Of a stretch of DNA of 64,000 nucleotides, positions 41,394-51,085 are shown one piece after another. The translations under genes and the position numbers were made by a program. The notes beneath the pieces are model-generated. The model was given only the letters and a program-made list of their open reading frames with translations, had not been told where the DNA came from and searched no databases. The DNA comes from Clostridia bacterium. Lineage in GTDB: Bacteria; Bacillota; Clostridia; UBA1212; DUPL01. Position 1 is the stretch's first letter; every line of letters begins with the position of its first letter. The stretch is taken from the NCBI GenBank assembly GCA_050951325.1, contig JBMNIW010000003.1:224001-288000 (forward strand). The letters run 5' to 3'.

Positions 41394-42593
41394 TTAACAA
41401 TCACAACCATTCTTAACACTCTTGTTAATAACCGAGTGTATAATATCCATTGCTTCGTCCAGCAGTTCATATGTATGAGTTGCCATCAAGCTGATTCTAA
41501 GCAGGCAGTTGCCATCAGGAGCTGCCGGCGGAAGAACAGGATTTAAATAGACACCTGCATCGTAAATTTCCTTTGCTCTTATGAGTGTTGTCTCAAAATC
41601 ATATGTATAGAATGGGATAATAGGTGTTGTATATACGGATTCTCTGACCGGAATTCCCCTTTCCTTAAGCCCATTTCTCATGTATAGCGCCAAATCCGAC
41701 AATCTAGAAACCAGCTCGGGATTCTTCTTTATAACACGTAATGCTGCCAAAGCCGCCGCACATGATGCGGGTGGAATTGAGGCTGAGAAGATAAAAGGTC
41801 TTGAGTTGTGTTTAATATACTCAATAACATACTTGTCCGATGCCACAAAGCCACCGAGACTAGCCAGAGATTTGCTAAATGTACTCATTATTATATCCGT
41901 CTCCTCTGTCAGCCCAAAGTGTTCCGCCGTTCCCCTGCCACCATTTCCAAGAACACCAAATCCATGGGCGTCATCCACCATAGTGACTGCATTATACTTC
42001 CTGGCCAACTCAACAATTTTGGGAAGATTACAAATATCTCCACTCATGCTGAACACACCATCTGTGATAATAATCTTGCCGGCATCCAGAGGAAGCTTTG
42101 CAAGGCACTGCTCCAAATCCTCCATATCGTCATGTTTGTAGCGGACGGTTTTGCCAAAACTCAACCTGCACCCGTCGTATATGCTTGCATGATTCTCCCT
42201 GTCACTAATAATATAGTCGTGTCGCCCTACAATGGCACTAATAATGCCGAGATTTGTCTGGAAGCCCGACGGAAATGTGCATGCAGCTTCCTTGCCAACG
42301 AATTCAGCCAACTCTTCTTCAAGCTGTAAATGCATGTCCAAGGTACCATTTAAAAAACGAGATCCGGAGCAACCTGTACCGTATTTTTCAATAGCTTTAA
42401 TAGCCGCTTTCATAACTTCAGGGTGAGTTGTGAGTCCAAGATAGTTGTTTGATCCCAGCATAATTCTGCGCTTGCCTTCCATTATTACCTCCACATCCTG
42501 CCGGGATTCCAAGTGGTGGAAATATGGATAAATTCCTTTTTCTTTTACTTCGTCAACTTTAGTGAAACTTGCGCATTTCTGATAAATTCCCAT
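41394..42593 (-). CDS. spt: Serine palmitoyltransferase-like alpha-oxoamine synthase
   Basis: GIYPYF, GSNNYLGL, GSRFLNGTLD, NHASI, DDAHG, TFSKSL (PLP lysine), RPFIFSAS; GGAGG RBS before ATG at 42593. Confidence 0.8.
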   Translation of the reverse strand: MGIYQKCASFTKVDEVKEKGIYPYFHHLESRQDVEVIMEGKRRIMLGSNNYLGLTTHPEVMKAAIKAIEKYGTGCSGSRFLNGTLDMHLQLEEELAEFVGKEAACTFPSGFQTNLGIISAIVGRHDYIISDRENHASIYDGCRLSFGKTVRYKHDDMEDLEQCLAKLPLDAGKIIITDGVFSMSGDICNLPKIVELARKYNAVTMVDDAHGFGVLGNGGRGTAEHFGLTEETDIIMSTFSKSLASLGGFVASDKYVIEYIKHNSRPFIFSASIPPASCAAALAALRVIKKNPELVSRLSDLALYMRNGLKERGIPVRESVYTTPIIPFYTYDFETTLIRAKEIYDAGVYLNPVLPPAAPDGNCLLRISLMATHTYELLDEAMDIIHSVINKSVKNGCDC

Positions 42594-42702
42594 GTACACA
42601 AACCTCCAAAGATAGTAAAATCTACAATACTTGTGCTATTATACCATACGAGGTTTGAGATGTTAACAATTATTTTAATATAATGTTCACAACCTTCTGA
42701 TA

Positions 42703-43026
42703 CTATTTGCGAGTTTGCTCATCTAGCCATTTCAAATACGCAAGACTTCCCAACTCCACATCTACAAGAAGAATTTCTGGTGTTTCATAGGGGTGTATTT
42801 CCTTAAGTTTCTTTTCTAATTCAGGATATAACTCCTTTCTTGTCTTTAACAAAACCAATACTTCATCTTCACGACAGAGTTCACCTTTCCATACATAATG
42901 ACTCTTTATCTTTATTTCCTGTACACATGCCGCCAACTTACATTCCAGTATCTCGTCTATTACTGGTTTTACCTGCTGCTCATTAGCAAATGTAGTCAAA
43001 ACAATTCCATATTCGCTCACAATCAT
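42703..43026 (-). CDS. cutA: Divalent-cation tolerance protein CutA
   Basis: LAACV, SHYVWKG, HPYETPEI, YLKW. Confidence 0.92.
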   Translation of the reverse strand: MIVSEYGIVLTTFANEQQVKPVIDEILECKLAACVQEIKIKSHYVWKGELCREDEVLVLLKTRKELYPELEKKLKEIHPYETPEILLVDVELGSLAYLKWLDEQTRK

Positions 43027-43111
43027 TCCTCCTCACAATAATTAAACACATATTATGATACAACAAAAATATAGAAATAAAAACCTGCATAATCCTATCA
43101 ATATAGTATAA

Positions 43112-43297
43112 TTTATCATCAACTCAAAAAGAGATGAAGCCAAGACATTATTGGAAGACTCTTTTGCTCGTCAGGCTGCAGGAACATTCGACAAGGAATA
43201 TCTGAAGGAGACAATGCCGAAATATTACGCATTGTTAAAGCCTGAAACAATCGAAGAAGTCAGACAGGCAATGGAGCATTTTGCTTCCACGTTATAG
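43112..43297 (+). pseudogene. Start-less 3' fragment of a small helical hypothetical protein
   Basis: Open frame ..KRDEAKTLLEDSFARQAAGTFDKEYL..LLKPETIEEVRQAMEHF..* with an upstream in-frame stop and no start or RBS. Confidence 0.5.
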
Positions 43298-43358
43298 AAG
43301 AAAACAAGCGTAGGTACATCCGCTTTTTTCATTGTACCTTCCGCTATGTAAATGGCAT

Positions 43359-44285
43359 TCATAACTGGATTATCTGCCTCCAGTTTTGATTAGGATCTGA
43401 AGATGAATATTTCGCATCCCCTGCAGGATACAACAGCACATAATATTTACCGTTGGTATACCAAATGGAGCCTTTGTGAGGGGGATTCTTCCAGACAACA
43501 GGTCTTGCAATCCAGTCAACATCTGCATCTGTCCAAACTCTGGAGGTATCCACCTTTACATATCCCGCGTTATGTTTTTGATGTGCTTCCTCCAGTGTCG
43601 GGTCGCTTTTGCAAAAGATTTGCTTAAATAAGTTGATTCGGCAATAATATAAACTCCAGTATGATCCCTGTACAATGTTCCTGGAGTAAGGAGCAGACCT
43701 CCATTCAAGACTGGCTGCTTCATGTTTTGTAGCTTGCCATGAACCAGACAAATAAATCTCCGCTCCTGTCTCATCATCCTTTAACACCAAATCTCCTGCT
43801 TCATATCCATACTCCGGCTCTTCCCCTTCCTCATCCTTTCCAAGAAAGACAAGAGGTCTGGCTGTCAGGCTGTAGCTGTACTTTTCTTCTCCTTCTCTAA
43901 ACACATGCACCTTAATATCCACAAAGGGATTGTTGTCTGCATGCTCAAACTCCAAACCAATTTTAGCAGAACCATAATATGCAGAATCAAAAACCAATCC
44001 ATTGGATGTAACAAGATATCCATCCTGCATAGTATACTTAACACCATCCAATACGATGGATCTTCCTTCATCAGTTACTTCAAAATGAGTGGATAGTCTT
44101 ACCCTGCCAGCCAAATAGTCCGCAATATTCACGGCAATAGACTGGTCTTCCGCAACAGAGACAGTCCTGTTGTATATTCTCAACACCGGACTTACTATCG
44201 CCACAACACATGCAATAAATATGGTCAACAACGTAAGTGTAACCATTACTTCTACAAGAGTATAACCTCTGTTATTCCGTAGCAT
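43359..44285 (-). CDS. Prepilin-type N-methylation protein (PilW/PulJ-like)
   Basis: NRG/YTLVEVMV class III signal. Confidence 0.85.
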   Translation of the reverse strand: MLRNNRGYTLVEVMVTLTLLTIFIACVVAIVSPVLRIYNRTVSVAEDQSIAVNIADYLAGRVRLSTHFEVTDEGRSIVLDGVKYTMQDGYLVTSNGLVFDSAYYGSAKIGLEFEHADNNPFVDIKVHVFREGEEKYSYSLTARPLVFLGKDEEGEEPEYGYEAGDLVLKDDETGAEIYLSGSWQATKHEAASLEWRSAPYSRNIVQGSYWSLYYCRINLFKQIFCKSDPTLEEAHQKHNAGYVKVDTSRVWTDADVDWIARPVVWKNPPHKGSIWYTNGKYYVLLYPAGDAKYSSSDPNQNWRQIIQL

Positions 44286-44577
44286 AAACTTTCAACCCTC
44301 CACTCTGTTTAACAACGACGGGTATTTCATATTCCTTATCTATTTCCCCATGTATGCTGAAAGTAAATGTAAGATTGTCAACATCAGTCAAACTCTGACC
44401 AGTCTCAATATCCGCAACACTCTGGCTTGTCTCCTCATTTCTTTCATGAGCTCTTTCTGCAATATTAAGTGAAGTCTGCACCATTACCGTGACCGACGCA
44501 AGCAGTACTGCAAACAAAACCAGACTTACAATTACCTCTACCAATGTTTCGCCTTTACTGTTCCTAATGTACTTCAT
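44272..44577 (-). CDS. Prepilin-type minor pilin (PilV-like)
   Basis: SKG/ETLVEVIV signal. Confidence 0.8.
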   Translation of the reverse strand: MKYIRNSKGETLVEVIVSLVLFAVLLASVTVMVQTSLNIAERAHERNEETSQSVADIETGQSLTDVDNLTFTFSIHGEIDKEYEIPVVVKQSGGLKVYATE

Positions 44578-45277
44578 TTTGATGCACCCTTACAAATATT
44601 CTGTCAAATTCCCGCCAATCAATATGCTTGGAATGCAAAGGTGATAGGTTCAAATCTCTAATACTGCTAACAGGATTTGTTCTCCTTTCACACTCGGCCT
44701 TTCTTTCGCCTTTGGCACTAAAGGTATATTCCAAAGCAAGCTTGTATTCCTCTCCATTATGCCTTGTGGTAAATGAAATGGCAACTTTCTCAATTTCCAA
44801 GTCGTACCTCTCTAAAACATCATACATTCTACCACTCTTATGCTGGTAACTCTGAAACTTAATCAATTGAATACCACTTAGCTTGATTTGTACATTGTCA
44901 TATTCAACATCATCATAAGGGGTACTGTTTTTCAGTAGAGTAATATTGCAATCCAACACAATTTCCGCTGGAACATCAACAAGCTCTTCTGTGTTATTCT
45001 CTCCGTTATTATGAGTCGCTCCAATTAAACCTATATAATTAATTATCTCATACCCAAAACCTTCGTCACCCACAATCTCCTTGCTGACAACTTCAGCTGC
45101 GGATTTCGCGTAGTAGTAGACTTGTTTGTTGGTATGATTCTTAATGGATGTGCTCGACAGCATGCTTGCTGCTGTAAGCACGCTGGCCCCTGCTATCAGA
45201 AACACCATCGATATAATCACCACAAATATTATTGAAGCACCTGAATTGTTGCGTATATACTTCATTGTCTTACTCAC
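44564..45277 (-). CDS. PilX-like minor pilin
   Basis: NSG/ASIIFVV (no Glu at +5), QVYYYAKSA motif. Confidence 0.7.
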   Translation of the reverse strand: MSKTMKYIRNNSGASIIFVVIISMVFLIAGASVLTAASMLSSTSIKNHTNKQVYYYAKSAAEVVSKEIVGDEGFGYEIINYIGLIGATHNNGENNTEELVDVPAEIVLDCNITLLKNSTPYDDVEYDNVQIKLSGIQLIKFQSYQHKSGRMYDVLERYDLEIEKVAISFTTRHNGEEYKLALEYTFSAKGERKAECERRTNPVSSIRDLNLSPLHSKHIDWREFDRIFVRVHQNEVH

Positions 45278-45845
45278 TCTCTCTCCGGGATTCCGGTCGT
45301 TCTTGCTCCATAGAATCCTATTTTCTTTTCTTCCCTTGCTTCCTTTGTCCTGTTTTCAACATCAGTAAAGTTTCCATCCCCATATCCAAAGGCATCTACC
45401 TTGTCAGAGTAAAAAACGGACAAAACCTTTCCCGTAGCAATATTGTATTCAATAAGGATGGCGTTGTTAAGAACACTTGTGTCCATTATGTATCCATCAA
45501 GGATCCTGCTTACATTCTCCTTGCTGGTAACGTACACAATGTTTCCTGTATTGTAGTATTTATCTCATCATCATAGAAATTCTCATCATCAGTTATCAGG
45601 TTTTCAAGATTGACATCTCCATCATAAGGCAAATCATTAAGAAGTCCGGCGATACTTTTTTGGGTAAGACTGTTGGTTGCGGCAACATAAAGAGTTCTGG
45701 CGACACTATTTCTGTTCCTGCTCTCAGAGTATTTATAGTATTGCACTACTGAAGGAACGGCTATCGCTGCTATTATCGCTATGATGGTAATTACAACAAT
45801 TATCTCAACCAGAGTAAACCCCTTTTTCATGATGTTCATCGCCAA
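45274..45845 (-). pseudogene. Prepilin-like gene split by a 1-bp frameshift near 45560
   Basis: KKG/FTLVEIIVV signal; ..DDEI frame switches to KYYNTGNIVYVTSKE.. of the 45274-45537 ORF. Confidence 0.7.
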
Positions 45846-45958
45846 CTTCTATTTTTCTGTAAGTATACTTAAGTATACTAAAGAAATCACTTAATTTCAA
45901 GGTTCTCACAAATGCATACATTTTTTCATACATTATATAGAGGAAAAGAGGTGAAATT

Positions 45959-46474
45959 ATGAAATTCAGTTTCAAGAGGAATACCAAAAAATTTGCCGAA
46001 GTAGTTTCTAAAAGAAACCCTGGAGCCTATGCGGATATTTTAGGCGACAGAGAACACCAGAGCATAGTGGGACGGGTAGATTTCTATCAGGTAAGAAACG
46101 GTGTTCTGCTGGTTGCGGAAATACATGGTTTGCCAACAAAACCAGACATTTGCGCCAGCAAGGTTTTTGGATTCCATATACATGAGGGTGAAGAATGTTC
46201 AGGCGACAAGGAAGATCCGTTTAGAAACGTAGGAATGCACTACAACCCTGACAGATGCACCCATCCGCAGCATGCAGGAGACCTTCCGCCACTTTTTGAG
46301 AACAACGGATACGCCTGGATGGCATTTTACACAAACAGATTCAGATTGTTTGAGGTTATTGGGCGTACAATAATTGTGCATCAACTGCCCGATGACTTCA
46401 CAACCTCTCCCTCTGGAAGTGCTGGCGCAAAAATAGCATGTGGAGAGATAAAAAGGTATATCCCACGCAAGTAA
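45959..46474 (+). CDS. Cu/Zn superoxide dismutase family protein
   Basis: GFHIH, HYNP..HPQHAGDL, IIVH..DD, ACG. Confidence 0.9.
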   Translation: MKFSFKRNTKKFAEVVSKRNPGAYADILGDREHQSIVGRVDFYQVRNGVLLVAEIHGLPTKPDICASKVFGFHIHEGEECSGDKEDPFRNVGMHYNPDRCTHPQHAGDLPPLFENNGYAWMAFYTNRFRLFEVIGRTIIVHQLPDDFTTSPSGSAGAKIACGEIKRYIPRK

Positions 46475-46539
46475 TTGCTTGATATAAATAACAAAGAGGC
46501 TTGCATATCTGCTTGCCTCTTTGTTATGCTTTATCATGA

Positions 46540-48816
46540 TTATTGCCTTCCAGTTCTATAGACTTCAAACTCCGCCAGTTGGAAAAGATAGCCGTCAGGC
46601 GACGATTCCACCTGAGTCATCTCTTTTGAAACCACCCTTACATATCGTGCATCAACTGCATCAAACTTTAAAACTCTTGCAATGGTTGAAACAGCACCGG
46701 ATTCCTTTAGTTCATACACCTCTGTCCAGTCTTTTTCATCCAACGAAACCTCAACAACAAGATGTTTTGGGAAGTAATAGCCCGTATCCTGCCTTGGATA
46801 CAATACCACGGTATCAATGTTAAACTTCTCACCCAGGTCAATCAGTACCCACTCTTCAGCATAAGGGTCGGTCATGTGACGCCCTGTCTGTGTGGTCCAG
46901 CCTGAATGCGTATTGGTTGCCTTAATCATGCCATCATTTATGTGTTTTCTCATCCATCCCCACTGGGGTGCTTCCAAAGATGATGACGTCTTAACCCTCT
47001 TGTTAAGCGCTACATTATACTCTGGTATAAGGGTCTTGTCTTTTTCCCATACCCTCTGATATTTTGGCAGTGTACCATCATCATTGTAAATCTCAATTTC
47101 ACATATCTCGGCAATATATATATCCGAAACCTTTACAGCCTCATCAATACGTATTTTCACATATCTGGCCTTTACAGTATCAAATGTATAACTCAGCTCT
47201 TTTCTCTTTTCCCAGGTATCAGACAAGATTTCTTTGTAATCTTTTCCGTTGGTTGAGTACAGTATCGTAAACTTCCTTGGAAAGTACTGTCCGTTTCTTT
47301 CCTCGTCTCCGCTGGTAACGGGATACAGGTCCACCCTGTTAATATCAACAGCCCTCTTAAGATCCACCATTATATAAATCTCTTCGTCTCCTGCTCCTTC
47401 ATATCTCCATCCTCTGGAACGGTCGGTGGACACCCTGTTTCCGTCGACCGCCTTGTAATTAAAGTATCCATCGTATCCGCGGGAGAAGTTGGAGTAAATT
47501 GGTTTATCCAAAGCCAGATTCACATCCGCATCCTGATATTCTTTATGTAAAGTCACACCTTCTGAAAGTCTATACAGCCTGAAACCGCCTGCAAGAAGCT
47601 CACACTGGAAAATTCCATCTGTTATGGTTACCTCCTCTTCCTCCCCACTGGTTACATCCATCAAACTTTCAACACCGTTGAGCTTTAGAGCAAGGGTTGC
47701 ATCCTTGTTAAAATTCTTGTTAACAATCATAAGATAGTTTCTCTTTGTCTTTCTATCCACCATTAAGGAAACAAGAAAATCCTTTTTGTCAGTAGCTTCC
47801 ACATGCCAGCCAGGTTCAAGCATTTTCGTTGAAGCATCCTGTCTTCCATTATGATATATCTCAACGGCATCAAGCTTTCCTAGAATGCTGCTCACCTTCT
47901 TTATATCCCTGTTTATCTGCGCCACACCATCAAAGAGATCCGTTTTCTCGCCTTCTGGTGAAATAATGGCAAGAGTGAAATCCTCACCTCTTTCCACAGG
48001 TGTTATCCAGGTAAAATACTTGAGATTTTTGTAACCATATGCAAGCGCTGCAGATGTATGGTACCTAATCTCATTTGCATTCGTCCTTCTGAACTTGTCA
48101 AGTACACCAACAGATTGGATGTAAAGGGCGGTATCCACATTGTACTTAAGACCAACTTCCCTAACAAAGTTCATATTTCCAAACATCTGAGGAATGGAGC
48201 CAGGCTGCAAGGCAAAGGGATACTGGTCGTAGGAAAGGTACCTTACATTTTCCCTACCCGCAGAGCTTATCCAGTCTTCCGCATGACCTCTTGGGTCAGG
48301 CAGCGCTCCCATAGGAAGCATGTTTAACTGCGATATACATCCCGGGTGCTCTTCCGCCATGATTTTTGCAACTCTTCCAAACGGATTTGCATTATGTGGC
48401 TCGTCAAGAAGCAAATATCCCACTACGCATTCATTGTCCTTGTACCTTCTTACAAGCTCCCTAATTTCTTTATCCGATTTCTTTTCAATGCCAATCCAGT
48501 CTTTGTCTGCAATTGTTATCTTCAAACCCTTTTCATTACACAATCTTAAAGTTTCCCTGATTGTATCCTCGTCTGTAAAAATCGGATCGGTTCCCCACTC
48601 GAGCAAATCAATACCAGCCTCAACCAAATAATCGAACTGCTCTTCAGTGGTAAAACCTTTCATCGGAGGCCAAAAAACAGAAATGACTATTTCTCCTGCG
48701 CCATAACCTTTAACCTCTTCCTCCTGATCACCATCCGTGGGTTCCTTTTTACCGCATGAAAAAAGACCCAAACACAAAAAAACCACCACGACCAAAAGCA
48801 TAATCCGTTTTTGCAT
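46540..48816 (-). CDS. Lipoprotein with putative clan GH-A glycosidase barrel and two F5/8 type C (CBM32) domains
   Basis: Lipobox LFSC, LLDEP, SYDQYPF; two NxAL..DG..IDL..LYP..ARYV..E repeats. Confidence 0.75.
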   Translation of the reverse strand: MQKRIMLLVVVVFLCLGLFSCGKKEPTDGDQEEEVKGYGAGEIVISVFWPPMKGFTTEEQFDYLVEAGIDLLEWGTDPIFTDEDTIRETLRLCNEKGLKITIADKDWIGIEKKSDKEIRELVRRYKDNECVVGYLLLDEPHNANPFGRVAKIMAEEHPGCISQLNMLPMGALPDPRGHAEDWISSAGRENVRYLSYDQYPFALQPGSIPQMFGNMNFVREVGLKYNVDTALYIQSVGVLDKFRRTNANEIRYHTSAALAYGYKNLKYFTWITPVERGEDFTLAIISPEGEKTDLFDGVAQINRDIKKVSSILGKLDAVEIYHNGRQDASTKMLEPGWHVEATDKKDFLVSLMVDRKTKRNYLMIVNKNFNKDATLALKLNGVESLMDVTSGEEEEVTITDGIFQCELLAGGFRLYRLSEGVTLHKEYQDADVNLALDKPIYSNFSRGYDGYFNYKAVDGNRVSTDRSRGWRYEGAGDEEIYIMVDLKRAVDINRVDLYPVTSGDEERNGQYFPRKFTILYSTNGKDYKEILSDTWEKRKELSYTFDTVKARYVKIRIDEAVKVSDIYIAEICEIEIYNDDGTLPKYQRVWEKDKTLIPEYNVALNKRVKTSSSLEAPQWGWMRKHINDGMIKATNTHSGWTTQTGRHMTDPYAEEWVLIDLGEKFNIDTVVLYPRQDTGYYFPKHLVVEVSLDEKDWTEVYELKESGAVSTIARVLKFDAVDARYVRVVSKEMTQVESSPDGYLFQLAEFEVYRTGRQ

Positions 48817-49001
48817 AATAACACACTCCGAACAATTTTAAAATTAATATATGATAATTATAATATTATTTTACTTTTTGTAAATAATATAAAGGGGAGA
48901 ATACCTCCCTAATCAAAACATTTCAGTACTGTTCAATATCTCAATAATGCTTTTTTAACTCAATTCATCAAAATAAAAACCCACAAACTGTGGGTTTTTT
49001 C

Positions 49002-50714
49002 CTAGCATAAATTGCTTTTCACTATTTCAACCAATTTTTCTTCAACACTTTCAATCGGCTCCTGGATGGTGAAGCTCTTGTCCCTTGCCGTTATCTCACA
49101 GACATTATTCTTGAGATTTCTCGGACTCACAATTACCCTTACAGGCACACCCAAAAGGTCTGCATCGGAGAACATGACTCCGGCACTAACATTTCTGTCG
49201 TCATATATAACCTCTATACCCTTTTTCATAAGGTTCTCATACAATTTGTCCGCAAACTCCTTAACATTGGGTTCGTCGGAGCGTAGAGCACAAATGTGTA
49301 CCTGCCATGGACTTATTGACATGGGCCAGATTGGACCGTTTTCATCATGATGAACCTCTGCAACGGAAGCAATCAGTCTTCCAACACCTATGCCGTAGCA
49401 GCCCATGATTGGATTTCTTGGCTTGCCGTCACTGTCAATGTATTCCATGCCCATGGACTCGGTGTACTTGGTTCCAAGCTGGAATATATTGCCCACCTCT
49501 ATGCCTCTTTTTACTGTCAAAGACTTGTTACCGCATTGAGGACAAATGCCCCCTTCTACGGCCTTTGCTAAATCATGGAATTCAACATCCTTCAAATCTC
49601 TTGCAAAGTCAAGACCGACATAATGGTAATCTTCCACATTGCCGCCAGTGACCATGTTGTTGGTGTTCTCAAGACTCTTGTCAAACAGTACTATTATTTC
49701 ACCACTTAGGTTAACCGGACCTGTAAAGCCGGGAACGATACCTTCGCCTTCCTCAATATCTGCAGGATGTATCTCAAATCCAAGATAATTCCTTACTTTT
49801 GTTTCATTGACATCCAAGTCTCCACGTATAAACACAACTATTATTTTGTCATCAATATTTCTTCTGTACATAACCGCCTTGCAAGTCTTCTCCTTGGTTA
49901 TTCCGAGAAAATCACACAAGGCTTCTATTGTCTTTGTGGCAGGAGTGCTGACCAGCTCCAGCTCTTTTGATACTTCATCCCTTGTATTCTCAACAATGGA
50001 CTCGGCAGCCTCCATGTTTGCCTTGTAGTCACACTCTGTGCACAGAACCACCGTGTCTTCTCCGACTGGTGTGAGAAGCATAAACTCATGGGATATGTTT
50101 CCACCCATCATACCAGGATCGGAGCTTACCGCAACCACATCAGGAATGCCGGCACGTGCAAAAATCCTCAAGTACGCCTCATAACATCTTTCGTAATACT
50201 CTTCCAAATCCTCCTGGGATGTGTGGAAGGAGTATGCGTCCTTCATAGTGAACTCCCTGACACGAATTAGTCCTGCTCTTGGACGGGCTTCGTCTCTGAA
50301 CTTGGTTTGTATCTGGTAAACCATGAATGGATACTTCGTATAGCTGTTGCCATACTCCTTTACAAGATGCACGCATGCTTCCTCATGAGTCATGCCGAGA
50401 ATGAGCTTCTTTTCGTTCCTGTCAACGAACCTGGCAAGCTCCTTGCCCACAGATTCGTATCTGCCCGACTCTTCCCAAAGGGATGCAGGCATAACCACAG
50501 GAAACAATACTTCCTGTCCATCTATTGCATCCATCTCTTCGCGAATTATTCTCTCAACCTTGTGTGCAATTCTCTTAAGAGGCATGAATTGCGAATATAT
50601 TCCGTTTGAAACCTGCTTCATATATCCTCCGCGTATCATCAAAGCATGAGAATCGATGACGCAATCGGAAGGCCTTTCCTTAAACCTTTCCCCTACAAGT
50701 CTGTCCAACTTCAT
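49002..50714 (-). CDS. proS: Proline--tRNA ligase
   Basis: GMTHEE, KFRDEARPRAGLIRVREF, YbaK-like INS domain, EVGNIFQLG, MGCYGIG. Confidence 0.97.
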   Translation of the reverse strand: MKLDRLVGERFKERPSDCVIDSHALMIRGGYMKQVSNGIYSQFMPLKRIAHKVERIIREEMDAIDGQEVLFPVVMPASLWEESGRYESVGKELARFVDRNEKKLILGMTHEEACVHLVKEYGNSYTKYPFMVYQIQTKFRDEARPRAGLIRVREFTMKDAYSFHTSQEDLEEYYERCYEAYLRIFARAGIPDVVAVSSDPGMMGGNISHEFMLLTPVGEDTVVLCTECDYKANMEAAESIVENTRDEVSKELELVSTPATKTIEALCDFLGITKEKTCKAVMYRRNIDDKIIVVFIRGDLDVNETKVRNYLGFEIHPADIEEGEGIVPGFTGPVNLSGEIIVLFDKSLENTNNMVTGGNVEDYHYVGLDFARDLKDVEFHDLAKAVEGGICPQCGNKSLTVKRGIEVGNIFQLGTKYTESMGMEYIDSDGKPRNPIMGCYGIGVGRLIASVAEVHHDENGPIWPMSISPWQVHICALRSDEPNVKEFADKLYENLMKKGIEVIYDDRNVSAGVMFSDADLLGVPVRVIVSPRNLKNNVCEITARDKSFTIQEPIESVEEKLVEIVKSNLC

Positions 50715-50734
50715 ACATATACCTCCAAAAATAA

Positions 50735-50985
50735 ATATTAAAAAAACCCCAATCTGATAATCAGCTTAGGGCGAACATTCATAGTCCGTGGTACCACCTA
50801 ACTTCGGTATTTCCGCACTCATTGTACCCTGTAACGGGAGTTCCCGGTGATATTTACTGGAATACCAAGGGTATTCGTTCCAAATCACAGCTCAAAGACG
50901 GGTTCGATATCTCCCTGATTCAGGCTTGCACCAACCGCCTTCTCTCTACAATCACAAGAAATATCTACTGCTTCTCATCAAAGCC
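50735..50985 (-). ncRNA. T-box riboswitch with Pro specifier upstream of proS
   Basis: Minus strand shows AGTA and AGAGA/GGTGC stem I motifs, GAA-CCC specifier, T-box AGGTGGTACCACG, then a terminator hairpin with T-run. Confidence 0.9.
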
Positions 50986-51085
50986 ATTGATTATTCAATT
51001 ACCAATAATATATACCACAAAAAAATAGTTTAGTCAATAAATTAAGGGCATGTCCATAATAGACACGCCCTGAATTATCTTTGTA

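Noticed and set aside
41394-42593. BioF or Kbl annotation for the oxoamine synthase
   Set aside because: The motifs fit SPT better and no bio or tdh genes are adjacent; not fully excluded without a phylogeny.
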